A stretch of 64,000 nt of DNA from a virus. Below are positions 9,289 to 18,418 of this stretch, one piece after another. The position numbers and the translations under genes are program-made. Location: the UHGV virus genome UHGV-0209617, one strand, 5' to 3'. Position 1 is the first letter of the stretch. Every line of letters starts with the position of its first letter. A model generated the notes under the pieces. That model was not told the origin of the DNA, did not search any database, and worked only from the letters and a program-made list of their open reading frames with translations.

Positions 9289-9830
9289 GAAGCAGATGAT
9301 ATTGGTGTTAGTTGGTTCCAATGGCTCTGGAAAAAGTACTATTACCAAATTCTTTGATGTTGTTGGCGAATATACTAATGCTGATGATATTGTAGCAGCC
9401 ACTGGAATGGATAATCTTGCTGCAGCACGAATGGCTGATGAAAAATGTATTCTGCTATAAAAGAAAAACGGGATTTTACCTTTGAAACGGTACTATCTTC
9501 AGAGTATAAGTTTGATATATTAAATAAGGCTAAAGCAGAGGGTATTTTATTAAGTGTGTATTTGTATTGACCGTGAATCCCTACATAAATGTAGCTAGAG
9601 TGCAGATGCGTGTAGCTAATGGTGGTCATTTTGTGGAAAAAGATAAGATTTTATCAAGATACTATAAATCATTGACAAATATAAAGAAACTGTTAGAAAT
9701 ATGTGATATTATGCATGTTTATGATAATACCGTTACCCCAACGCGTATCATACGAAAGCATAAGGATGATATTTCTACTTTTGCTAGTGAAATATGGAGC
9801 GAAGAGCAGATTCTAAAACTTATGTATTAA
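9278..9830 (+). pseudogene. Zeta-toxin-like P-loop kinase, disrupted by two frameshifts
   Basis: Walker A VLVGSNGSGKST in frame 2 (ORF 9257-9460); middle segment EKRDFTFETVLSSEYKFDILNKAKAEG only in frame 1; C-terminal RVANGGHFVEKDKILSRYYKSL in frame 0 (ORF 9567-9830); together about 190 aa. Confidence 0.5.
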
Positions 9831-9872
9831 GATGGTTTATGTGTTTGTATTTGTGTAAAAATAAGTGAGGAT

Positions 9873-10142
9873 ATGATTTATCCATTTATGACATTGGAAG
9901 ATGATACAGAAATTACTAATTCTGAAATGCAGGCAAATGGTGAGGTAAAGGTGTATGTTGAAACACCAGATGAAAAGGATTGTTTCCATAGTATGATATG
10001 TTATCTTCCTGATTATCGTGTTGAAAAGGTAGAGGGGTATTCAGAAGAAGTGGAAAAGTATCTTGATTTTATTCGCAAGGCTGCGAATCTTATCCTTGAA
10101 TTTTCTCAGGAAGGTGGATTTAACCATGCCAAAGCTGTTTAA
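9873..10142 (+). CDS. Hypothetical small acidic protein
   Basis: 89 aa ORF, no motif recognised. Confidence 0.3.
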   Translation: MIYPFMTLEDDTEITNSEMQANGEVKVYVETPDEKDCFHSMICYLPDYRVEKVEGYSEEVEKYLDFIRKAANLILEFSQEGGFNHAKAV

Positions 10143-10470
10143 GATTGGTTGCCTCATATTCCAGATACATTAAGAAACATTATGCGTATTTTTAGCAATG
10201 GGGCAGAATAGGGCATAACGGGGCATTTTAGAGCATTTCAGGAAAGGAAAATGGCATGAATAAGATTTTGTTTATCTGCCACGGCAGCGTATAAGGATAG
10301 AGTCGATAAACCGCATGGCTACGGGACTTTTGCAACGGTTAAATGATATTCATATACTGAAAGCATACCGTTTATGCTGGGTCTTGTATATTCTATTGTG
10401 AAACGGTTACATTGAATTATTAAACGATACATATACATTAACGATTTAATCGTTAAATAATACCTTTGAG

Positions 10471-10496
10471 ACTCCCGGCTGTGCCTGGGAGTTTTT
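10471..10496 (+). terminator. Intrinsic terminator
   Basis: Hairpin ACTCCCGG..CCTGGGAGT followed by TTTTT. Confidence 0.5.
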
Positions 10497-10565
10497 CAAT
10501 ATAGGAGAAGGCGAATTTACTTCATAGGAAATGTTCTTATAGCTGTTGCCGTTGTACTATTGACT

Positions 10566-10574
10566 TGCTATAAT
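10566..10574 (+). promoter_or_regulatory. Extended -10 element (TGcTATAAT) upstream of Sel1/DUF6273-like gene
   Basis: TGCTATAAT at 10566-10574; only a weak -35 (TTGCCG) about 19 nt upstream. Confidence 0.3.
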
Positions 10575-10622
10575 TTAATAAATGACAATATTAATTTAAT
10601 GAAGATACGGAGATTTGAGCAT

Positions 10623-11441
10623 ATGGAAAAGAATCTTGATGAGGCTGTTAAATGGTTGCGTAAGGCAGCAGAGCTTGGGCATAAGGATGCAATGGTAAAG
10701 CTGGGCGAGCTACTCAGTGGTACAGAGGAGCCATTGACAAAACTATTGGAAAAATCATATATGGAAGGCTATGCAGATGGCAAAAATGGCAAGGCTAATA
10801 AATATTTCAAGGAAGCATATATTAAATCTACTATGGATAGAGCAGGTTTTGTTAATGTTAAGGTTGGAGATATAATCACATTTGGCAATTATTGGCAGGA
10901 TAAAGATAAGTCAGCTGGTAAGCAGCCAGTAGAGTGGCAGGTGCTTGATGTCAAGGATGGCAAGGCATTAGTTATTAGTAAATATGGTTTAATAAATCAT
11001 AAATATAATAAAGAATGGACGGATGTTACATGGGAAACATGTACCTTGAGAAAATGGCTGAATGATACCTTTATTAAGGATATTTTCTCCGCAGAGGAAA
11101 TGAAGGCTGTTATGTTATCAGATGTTAGTGCAGATAAAAATCCTAATTATAACACAAATCAGGGAAATGACACTAAGGATAAATTGTTCCTGCTGAGTAT
11201 AAAGGAAGTGGAGCAATATTTTGTTAGTGATGAAAAAAGACTGTGTAAGCCAACAGAATATGCAGTTAACAACGGAGCTTATGAGAATAACCGTGGGCAT
11301 AGTTGGTGGTGGCTACGCTCTGCTGGTGGCTATAGTAGCGATGCGGCGTATGTGGTCAGTTATGGCTGCGTCTACTACAGTGGCCGTAGTGTGTTCAGCG
11401 ACGATGGTTCTGTGCGCCCAGCTTTTTGGCTAAATCTTTAG
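10623..11441 (+). CDS. Sel1-like repeat plus DUF6273-like C-terminal domain protein
   Basis: ATG 10623 preceded by GGAG; N-terminus AVKWLRKAAELGHKDAMVKLGELL is Sel1/TPR-like; C-terminus WWWLRSAGGYSSDAAYVVSYGCVYYSGRSVFSDDGSVRPAFWL resembles DUF6273. Confidence 0.5.
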   Translation: MEKNLDEAVKWLRKAAELGHKDAMVKLGELLSGTEEPLTKLLEKSYMEGYADGKNGKANKYFKEAYIKSTMDRAGFVNVKVGDIITFGNYWQDKDKSAGKQPVEWQVLDVKDGKALVISKYGLINHKYNKEWTDVTWETCTLRKWLNDTFIKDIFSAEEMKAVMLSDVSADKNPNYNTNQGNDTKDKLFLLSIKEVEQYFVSDEKRLCKPTEYAVNNGAYENNRGHSWWWLRSAGGYSSDAAYVVSYGCVYYSGRSVFSDDGSVRPAFWLNL

Positions 11442-12350
11442 TCTAAAATCTTCAAATCTATGAATACGATAAGTGAAAAGTAGAAAAATAAAACAGGTAA
11501 TTTACCTGCGAAGCAGGGGTGAAATTTTTTAGGAGTATAGGCTGTGAAAAAAAGGTTAGCGAAACTTTTGTAAGCAGATTGCAGAATTTAAGTTTATCAG
11601 CCATAGAAAATCTGTATAGAGCCAATGATATATTTGTGCAGCGTGGCAATTTGAGTGCCTTGGAACTGACAGGCACTTTTAATGATAAATAGTAATGTTA
11701 AATAGCTGTATTATAAAGACAGCTAGAAACAATTTTTCAGCGGGGTAACATACTCAATAGGAAGCAAGAGTATGTTGCTCCGCTGATTTTTTAGTTTAGG
11801 TTGAGTATGTAGAACTGCTATTGGCAGGGGTGGGTATGTAGGGACAATGTGGTTCTGAAATAGTGAACATATCGAAGCTGAAAGGTACGTGGATATTGAG
11901 GTTAGGTAGATATGTTCAGTGCGAGCAGGTTGAATAGATATGAAAAGAAAATGCCCCAGACCGTGGTATTCCACTTCCTACAATAATTCAGTATGGCAGT
12001 GCCGTAACCGCTATTCAGCCGTGAAATGCAAGACCATGAATATCTATGACAAGCTGCTGTTTATGTCCTGCACGATGTGGCAAAGGACATACGGACAGCA
12101 ATAGTGGAATTCGCAGCAGATGTGGTCAGTGCTGACAGGCTGGCAGCCATTGAACGCTACATAGAGAACTTTGAAAGCATGAGTGCCTGGAAGATGCTTT
12201 CCAATGCAGATGACCTGTAATTCGTGATGAACATGGTTCTGGTCAAAACGGATAGGCGCATTGAGGTGATATGGTTGGACGGTGGTGTGGATGGATATGA
12301 AATTCCGAGGTATACACCGAAGGGGGGATAGAATGATTAGGTGTCTTTTT
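11442..12350. other. About 0.9 kb with no convincing gene; probable decayed coding remnants
   Basis: Only short, frame-switching ORFs; one 52-codon stretch (..VLHDVAKDIRTAIVEFAADVVSADRLAAIERYIENFESMSAWKML) looks protein-like but lacks a start. Confidence 0.3.
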
Positions 12351-12382
12351 AGCATTGTAAAAGTAATTACATTTACAATGCT
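12351..12382. repeat. 32 bp near-perfect palindrome, candidate operator
   Basis: AGCATTGTAAAAGTAATTACATTTACAATGCT has 11 bp perfect arms around a palindromic core; TTGTAAT and GTAATTACA recur at 12403-12425, overlapping the predicted -35. Confidence 0.7.
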
Positions 12383-12414
12383 AAAAAGATGTAGAAAATA
12401 TTTTGTAATAGGGA

Positions 12415-12443
12415 TTGTAATTACAGCTTAAATATGCTAAAAT
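12415..12443 (+). promoter_or_regulatory. Predicted sigma-A promoter of the RM operon
   Basis: -35 TTGTAA (12415-12420), 17 nt spacer, extended -10 TGcTAAAAT (12435-12443). Confidence 0.5.
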
Positions 12444-12688
12444 ATAAGATGAAAGACTATATGGAAATGGAGGAACTACAGTTGAGCGAAATGAAAAGAA
12501 AAATGCCTATGGAACATTTGAATATTGGTGAGTTCAACCGTGGGCAATCTTCAAAACTAATCCGTAACTTGGTGGAAAAAGATAATGCTGCATTTATACA
12601 AAAAAATGGGAAGCCAATAGCCGTTGTTATCTCCTATGAACGATACGAGAGACTGCTTGAGTCTGGCATTGATATCAATGAGTTCTGA
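12434..12688 (+). CDS. Phd/YefM-like small protein (antitoxin fold), putative regulator; start codon uncertain
   Basis: IGEFNRGQSSKLIRNLVEKDNAAFIQKNGKPIAVVISYERYERLLE matches the Phd/YefM pattern; no toxin gene follows; the listed ATG at 12434 overlaps the predicted -10, so the real start is probably TTG 12482 (GGAGG 8 nt upstream) or ATG 12491. Confidence 0.55.
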   Translation: MLKYKMKDYMEMEELQLSEMKRKMPMEHLNIGEFNRGQSSKLIRNLVEKDNAAFIQKNGKPIAVVISYERYERLLESGIDINEF

Positions 12689-12720
12689 GTATTCAAAACA
12701 TGATTAAGGAGGTAACGGAG

Positions 12721-14355
12721 ATGGTTGCGAAAAATTATGGTGTTGTTTACACACCGAATAGACTGGCTGAGTTCGCAGCAGAACTTTTATATAGAGAGGC
12801 AGCAGAAACTAATACAGAAATAAAGTCGGTATTGGATCCTGCGTGTGGCGAATGCGCATTGCTATGTGCTGCAAAGAAATATTTGAATGGTAATGTGAAA
12901 TATTTGGGAATTGATGTCGATAAAGAAGCAATAATGAATGTTGAGGATGATTTTGAAATTCTTTATAATGATTCAATTCTTCCGCGAAATGTAAAAAAAC
13001 AGACGGCAGAATATTGGAAGAGCAAGATGCCAGTAATATCTGCTATAATTGCAAATCCACCGTGGAGTTCCGAAAAAATATATGTGCGAGAAGAATTGCA
13101 GAGTGCCGGTTTCTCGTTGACCACAGGACAATATGATAGCTTTGTGCTATTTATTGAGTTGGCATATAATCTGCTTGATGATGGAGGATACTTTTCGTTT
13201 ATTATCCCCGATTCGTTATTTGATGCACAAAACGAAAAACTAAGAAGATTTTTGACTGAAAAGATGCAAATCAAAGTGATTGCCAGACTTGGAGAGAAGA
13301 TTTTTGAAGAAGTGAATAGAGCAACTACTGTTATTGTTTGCAGAAAAGAAAAGCCAGTCAAAGATTCTGTCACCCACTGTTTCAGACTTACTACGGAAGA
13401 AAGAAGAAAGTTTTTGAATTCGAATCAGAGTTTGTTAAACTTTTACAACGAAGATGTGCATGATGTGTTGCAGGGGCGATTTGCTGAAAACGCTGCCTGT
13501 AACTTTGACGTTGATACGCGCACTGATGAAGAGGCATTGTTGGCTAAAATTAAGAAGCAGTCTATAAGTTGGGAGGATATATTCATTTTTGGTCGAGGTG
13601 TTGAGATATCCAAAACAGGAAAGGTCGTATTTTGTCCTTCGTGTGGTTATGCCCAAGGGTATAAAAAATCACAAATGGCTGAAGGAAAAAAAGAATGTAC
13701 GAACTGTGGCAGTGAGATATCGGTTACTACGGCAAGTGTTCAAAATGTTATTTCACAAAGTCAAACGCCACAGACTGTTCAGATATATGTTGGAGAGAAT
13801 GTTCGGAGATATGGAATAACAGGAGAATGCTATATCAAACCCAACATTCCCGGAATCAATTATAAAAATCGTGCGATGTACAACCCACCAAAACTGTTGG
13901 TGAGAAAGACTGGACTTGGAATATATGCATCGATTGATTATACGGGAAGCATGACAAGTCAGGCTGTATATATTTTGAAATTTAAAAACAGTCAACATAA
14001 GGCTCCGTTGGAATATTATCTGGCATTGCTTAACTCACGAGTGGTCTACTATTTTTATTTGAAAGTATATGGAGAAAATGAATGGAAGTCCCATCCGTAC
14101 TTTACGAAACAGATTATTTATTCTCTGCCTATTAGAGAATATGAGGATAGTGAGTTAGATAAACAGATCATTAAAGTGGCATCGGAATTGGCGCATAAAT
14201 ATGAATATGTCAAGGATGTTCAGCTTGAGAAGTTGGTAATGAAAAAGTATGGTCTGTCAGAGACCGAAAGCAATATGGTTTATGGTGAGATGAATCGTCT
14301 GCCTGACTTGAGTGCGATTAACAATATGAAAGTTGAGGTGGAAGCGAATGTATAG
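12721..14355 (+). CDS. N6-adenine DNA methyltransferase, gamma class (Eco57I-like), with TaqI-like C-terminal target-recognition region and internal C4 zinc ribbon
   Basis: ATG 12721 with AAGGAGG 8 nt upstream; motifs GVVYTP, LDPACGECALL (AdoMet binding), IIANPPWSS (NPPW catalytic); internal CPSCGY..CTNCG. Confidence 0.85.
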   Translation: MVAKNYGVVYTPNRLAEFAAELLYREAAETNTEIKSVLDPACGECALLCAAKKYLNGNVKYLGIDVDKEAIMNVEDDFEILYNDSILPRNVKKQTAEYWKSKMPVISAIIANPPWSSEKIYVREELQSAGFSLTTGQYDSFVLFIELAYNLLDDGGYFSFIIPDSLFDAQNEKLRRFLTEKMQIKVIARLGEKIFEEVNRATTVIVCRKEKPVKDSVTHCFRLTTEERRKFLNSNQSLLNFYNEDVHDVLQGRFAENAACNFDVDTRTDEEALLAKIKKQSISWEDIFIFGRGVEISKTGKVVFCPSCGYAQGYKKSQMAEGKKECTNCGSEISVTTASVQNVISQSQTPQTVQIYVGENVRRYGITGECYIKPNIPGINYKNRAMYNPPKLLVRKTGLGIYASIDYTGSMTSQAVYILKFKNSQHKAPLEYYLALLNSRVVYYFYLKVYGENEWKSHPYFTKQIIYSLPIREYEDSELDKQIIKVASELAHKYEYVKDVQLEKLVMKKYGLSETESNMVYGEMNRLPDLSAINNMKVEVEANV

Positions 14356-15406
14356 ATATATAGGAAACAAATCAAAGCTGACTCCATACATTCTTGATAG
14401 GGTGGAACAGCTTATTGGAAAAACAGGAATTGTTGCTGACATTATGGCTGGAACAGGAACTGTGGCATTAGAATTGAGAAAAGCAGGTTATTCGGTTATC
14501 GCATCTGATGTAATGACCTATTCGTACCATCATTTGATGGTTAATCTTTGCTTAGATTCAGCTCCTTCTTTTTCTGGGCTTGTGAATCATGGAGCAATAG
14601 GCAAGAATGAGGTGGATGCATATGGTGCAATCCTGACTTATTTAAATTGCATTGAACCCAAAGAAGGTTTTTTCTTCAAGGAATTTTCTCCGGGTGGAAC
14701 ACCGCAGAATGGTTGCGACCCGAGAAAATATTTCACTACGGAAAATGCAAAGAAAATTGATGCGATTAGAGAAAAAATAAATGAGTGGATTGATAATGGA
14801 TATGTGAGCAAAGCTGAAGAATCGCTTTTAAAACATACTCTTATTATGGCAGTAAACGAGGTTGCCAATATATCTGGAACTTACGGATATTTTTTGGCTG
14901 ATTTCAAAAAGAATGCCAATGCACAGATTGATTTAAAACCTGTGGAATTTTGTTCTGTGAATTCAACTGGTCACATGGTAAAATTGGGATTTGCTGAAAA
15001 TTTAGCTGCAACAATTACAGTTGATTTGTGCTACATCGACCCTCCGTATATGAAGAGACAGTATGCTGCGAATTATCATATTCTGGAAACCATTGCACGA
15101 GGAGATTTCCCTGATGCTGTTGGTAAAAGTGGCTTGCGTGACTGGTGGGAGCAGCACTCTAAATTGTGTACCAAAACACGAGGATTACAATCGTTTGAAA
15201 AGATATTAGGTGATATGCATTGCCCGAAATTTCTGATTAGCTACAGTGAGGATGGTTTGTTTACGCTGGGGCAATTAGAAGAATGTTTTAGCAAGTTTGG
15301 AACTGTTGACGTTCAAGAAATTGATTACAATCGATTTAGAAGCAATGATAGCAAGTTGCCTAAAAAACTGAAGGAATATTTGATTTCTATAGAAAGGCAG
15401 GTATAA
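14348..15406 (+). CDS. DNA adenine methyltransferase, Dam-like (D12 class)
   Basis: ATG 14348 with AGGTGG upstream, overlapping the preceding stop by 8 nt; motifs RYIGNKSKL and DPPY. Confidence 0.8.
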   Translation: MYRYIGNKSKLTPYILDRVEQLIGKTGIVADIMAGTGTVALELRKAGYSVIASDVMTYSYHHLMVNLCLDSAPSFSGLVNHGAIGKNEVDAYGAILTYLNCIEPKEGFFFKEFSPGGTPQNGCDPRKYFTTENAKKIDAIREKINEWIDNGYVSKAEESLLKHTLIMAVNEVANISGTYGYFLADFKKNANAQIDLKPVEFCSVNSTGHMVKLGFAENLAATITVDLCYIDPPYMKRQYAANYHILETIARGDFPDAVGKSGLRDWWEQHSKLCTKTRGLQSFEKILGDMHCPKFLISYSEDGLFTLGQLEECFSKFGTVDVQEIDYNRFRSNDSKLPKKLKEYLISIERQV

Positions 15407-15410
15407 GTGA

Positions 15411-17081
15411 ATGGAGTGCATTGAAAGAATATTTTACAGAAAGATTAATCCTTCTGATTTCAAAAAGTTGTATGATATTGACAAACCAGAAGGTGGCGGT
15501 GGTCAGACATACTTGGAAGCCGCTGGTATTTCAAATGAAAAAATCGTTGATTTCCTTTCCTATGCGGAGGTTACAAACAGTCCTTTGCCAGATGAAACAA
15601 GGTCTGTTTATACATTCAATGCCTATGTTTTGGGCGATTCAAAGGGTAAATGTTCGTTTGTAGAATTTGCACCTCGCAAAGGAAGAAATAACTATCGTAT
15701 AAGCCGTCAGAACATGAAATATAAACATCCGGCATGGAGTTTGGATAATGGATTTCCCGAACCATCAAAAGGTGATGATGGCGAATACACATCTGCAGGC
15801 GATTTTGTGGGAATCATTGATAATCTTGTTATTCTTATCATAAGAACTACAAATCGGCGTTATTATGCAGGTTTTGTAAATATAGCGACAATGCCAGAGA
15901 ACTGGCCACACAATATTGGCTTAGAGGGCATTTTTAGTGGTGAACGCAGAGATGTACTAAAAATGGATGCGTATAAACTACAGTTTGTTAATGATGCCTG
16001 TAATCCATTCGGTGATTATGTCCCAACAATCGAAGAATGTAATCGAGCGACTACTGGTTGCAATGTGCTTTTGTACGGAGTTCCCGGAGCAGGAAAGAGT
16101 TGGACAATTGAACACGAATATTGTGCCGATGAAGGGTGTATGGAGCGATTGGTTTTCCATCCGGATTATATGTATTCGGATTTCGTTGGACAAATTTTGC
16201 CTGTAGTAAGGGACGATGACAAGGTTCGTTATGAGTTTACGCCGGGTCCGTTTACCAAATTATTAAAAAAAGCATATTGGAATACAGAACAGTCTTTTTA
16301 CCTTATAATAGAAGAAATAAATCGTGGTAATGCACCAGCGATATTCGGTGAAATATTTCAGCTTTTGGATAGAAAAGATGAAGACGAAATAGATGAAAAT
16401 AGGGAGATTCTCTACAAAAAAGGCACAAGTGAGTATGGAATAACAAATGCCAATATTGCACGAATCGTTTATGGCGATGAAAACCATAAGGTTCGAATTC
16501 CTGCAAATATGTCTATTTTGGGTACAATGAATACTTCTGACCAAAATGTTTTTACATTAGACACAGCATTTCAGAGAAGATGGATTATGAGAATGATTCC
16601 GAATTCATTTGATAACCATAAGTTCGCAGACAAGAAGATTTTGGATACTGATATTTCCTGGAGACAGTTCTGTGAAGCAATTAATGAGGAAATTTTGCGT
16701 AGAAACAACATCACATCTTCTGAGGATAAGCGACTTGGGGCATATTTTATCTCGGCTTCGGATTTGGAGATGAAACCAATCACAGACGGGATGAGCGAAA
16801 AAGAAAAAATCCAAGTGGAGCATAGCAACAGCAGATTTGCAGAAAAAGTATTGAAATATTTATGGGATGATGCTTTCAAATTTTCCCATCAAGATACATT
16901 TAACACAAGACAGTTTGGTAGTCTTGAAAAAGTTATCGAAGGCTTTATGAATCCTGCCAAGCCTAAAAATGAGCGTTTTCGTGTATTCAATGAGAACCTT
17001 CGTAAAATGATTTTGGATGGAGTAACAGCAGAATCAAACGAGGTTTCTGATGATGACAGCGAAGGCTCACAGGAATCTTAA
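15411..17081 (+). CDS. McrB-like GTPase subunit (LlaJI R1-like) with N-terminal DNA-recognition domain
   Basis: Walker A LLYGVPGAGKSW; McrB signature IIEEINRGNAPAIFGEIFQLLDR; TMNTSDQNVFTLDTAFQRRW; starts 4 nt after the second methyltransferase. Confidence 0.85.
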   Translation: MECIERIFYRKINPSDFKKLYDIDKPEGGGGQTYLEAAGISNEKIVDFLSYAEVTNSPLPDETRSVYTFNAYVLGDSKGKCSFVEFAPRKGRNNYRISRQNMKYKHPAWSLDNGFPEPSKGDDGEYTSAGDFVGIIDNLVILIIRTTNRRYYAGFVNIATMPENWPHNIGLEGIFSGERRDVLKMDAYKLQFVNDACNPFGDYVPTIEECNRATTGCNVLLYGVPGAGKSWTIEHEYCADEGCMERLVFHPDYMYSDFVGQILPVVRDDDKVRYEFTPGPFTKLLKKAYWNTEQSFYLIIEEINRGNAPAIFGEIFQLLDRKDEDEIDENREILYKKGTSEYGITNANIARIVYGDENHKVRIPANMSILGTMNTSDQNVFTLDTAFQRRWIMRMIPNSFDNHKFADKKILDTDISWRQFCEAINEEILRRNNITSSEDKRLGAYFISASDLEMKPITDGMSEKEKIQVEHSNSRFAEKVLKYLWDDAFKFSHQDTFNTRQFGSLEKVIEGFMNPAKPKNERFRVFNENLRKMILDGVTAESNEVSDDDSEGSQES

Positions 17082-17097
17082 AGCGAGGTGAGCGACA

Positions 17098-18378
17098 TTG
17101 GATTTAGGCTTAAACTTAAAAGTTAAATGTCATGTGAATAAAAATGGTGATGGCGATAGGTTTGTCGGGATTAAGGCTGATGCTAATCAAGCAATGGTCT
17201 ATTTTCCAATGGGGTATCGCCTGCCAGACAATGAAGAAGATATTAGGGATGATATTCTAAAATTGATTTCTGTATTAGCTGAGTTTACGGATTCAAAAGA
17301 CAAGGTATTGGCTATGCAGAAATTTGAAGCACCACAGTCTGTGAATTTTCCAATCAATGCCTATATGAATATTATCCGATACTATTTGGAACAACGTTCA
17401 TATTACACAGAAAAGGATCCTATTCTAAAGACGAGTGACAGAGGAAAAATCGACTTTGCAGCATCTTTGCGTAGAAATGTTAGCTTTTTTCAAGAAGATG
17501 GAACTCCGTTTTTTGATAAATATACAGTAAAAGGGTCAACTCCTAATGATAAAAATTTAATAACTATGATTCACAAATACTGTGTGCATGAAAGTTTTGC
17601 TCAGATGGGTTGGCTGTTTATGCCGGATGTCCCACAAGATCCACATATTGAACGAAACATTCCGCTTTTCCTCAGTGTACTGAAGAAAAAATTGGCAGTC
17701 ACGCATCTTGAAAAGGATATTCTGCTATTTGAAGCAATGATTTCTATGCTGGAATATTTGGATGAGAAAAGTGACGATAAACAATACTATTTTGGAACAG
17801 ATAGATTTGAATATGTGTGGGAAAAACTGATAGATGCAGTGTTTGGCATAAAAGAAAAGAATGATTATTTTCCACGAACCTCTTGGAAACTAAACTATGG
17901 TGACCAACGAAGAAATTATGCATTAGAGCCGGACACCATAATGCTTTGTAATGGAAAAATCTATGTCATTGATGCAAAGTATTATAGATACGGTGTAACC
18001 GGTACACCTTCGCATTTGCCGGAATCATCATCTATCAACAAGCAGATTACATATGGTGAGTACATATATAATCATAAGAAATTTAAGGATGTATATGGTG
18101 ATGATGTTCCTGTGTATAACGCATTCCTTATGCCGTATAACAAACAGGATAATCCATTTCATATCAATGAGTATTTCGCCAATATTGGTGAGGCTGATAG
18201 TGACTGGAAATATGGCAATCATAATTATGAACGGGTGCAAGGAATTGTAGTTGATATTCGTTTCTTGATGAACAATTACTATGGTTCGCACAAGAGTAAA
18301 ATTATTAAGATGGCGAAGCTCATCGAGGAAGCCCTGCAGGAAAATGCAGATACGCTTCCAGAAGAAAAGACTGAATAA
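17098..18378 (+). CDS. McrC-like PD-(D/E)xK nuclease subunit (LlaJI R2-like)
   Basis: TTG start with GAGGTG 7 nt upstream, 16 nt after the McrB-like gene; IYVIDAKYY matches the McrC-type nuclease motif. Confidence 0.7.
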   Translation: MDLGLNLKVKCHVNKNGDGDRFVGIKADANQAMVYFPMGYRLPDNEEDIRDDILKLISVLAEFTDSKDKVLAMQKFEAPQSVNFPINAYMNIIRYYLEQRSYYTEKDPILKTSDRGKIDFAASLRRNVSFFQEDGTPFFDKYTVKGSTPNDKNLITMIHKYCVHESFAQMGWLFMPDVPQDPHIERNIPLFLSVLKKKLAVTHLEKDILLFEAMISMLEYLDEKSDDKQYYFGTDRFEYVWEKLIDAVFGIKEKNDYFPRTSWKLNYGDQRRNYALEPDTIMLCNGKIYVIDAKYYRYGVTGTPSHLPESSSINKQITYGEYIYNHKKFKDVYGDDVPVYNAFLMPYNKQDNPFHINEYFANIGEADSDWKYGNHNYERVQGIVVDIRFLMNNYYGSHKSKIIKMAKLIEEALQENADTLPEEKTE

Positions 18379-18418
18379 AAAATCCGCAAGCAGTGATTAT
18401 GCTGTTTGCGGATTTTTT
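18377..18418. terminator. Bidirectional intrinsic terminator between convergent genes
   Basis: AAAAAATCCGCAAGCAG..CTGTTTGCGGATTTTTT, about 15 bp stem with one mismatch, A-run and T-run on either side. Confidence 0.6.

Noticed and set aside
10256-10291. Mini-ORF MNKILFICHGSV followed by a stop
   Set aside because: Looks like the first 11 codons of a truncated gene; not an intact feature.
11458-12355. Three minus-strand ORFs (72, 83 and 103 aa) in the gap before the RM operon
   Set aside because: Low-complexity His/Cys/Leu-rich translations with no starts or RBS in good context; the region looks like decayed sequence.
12963-13373. 136 aa minus-strand ORF
   Set aside because: Antisense within the gamma-class methyltransferase.
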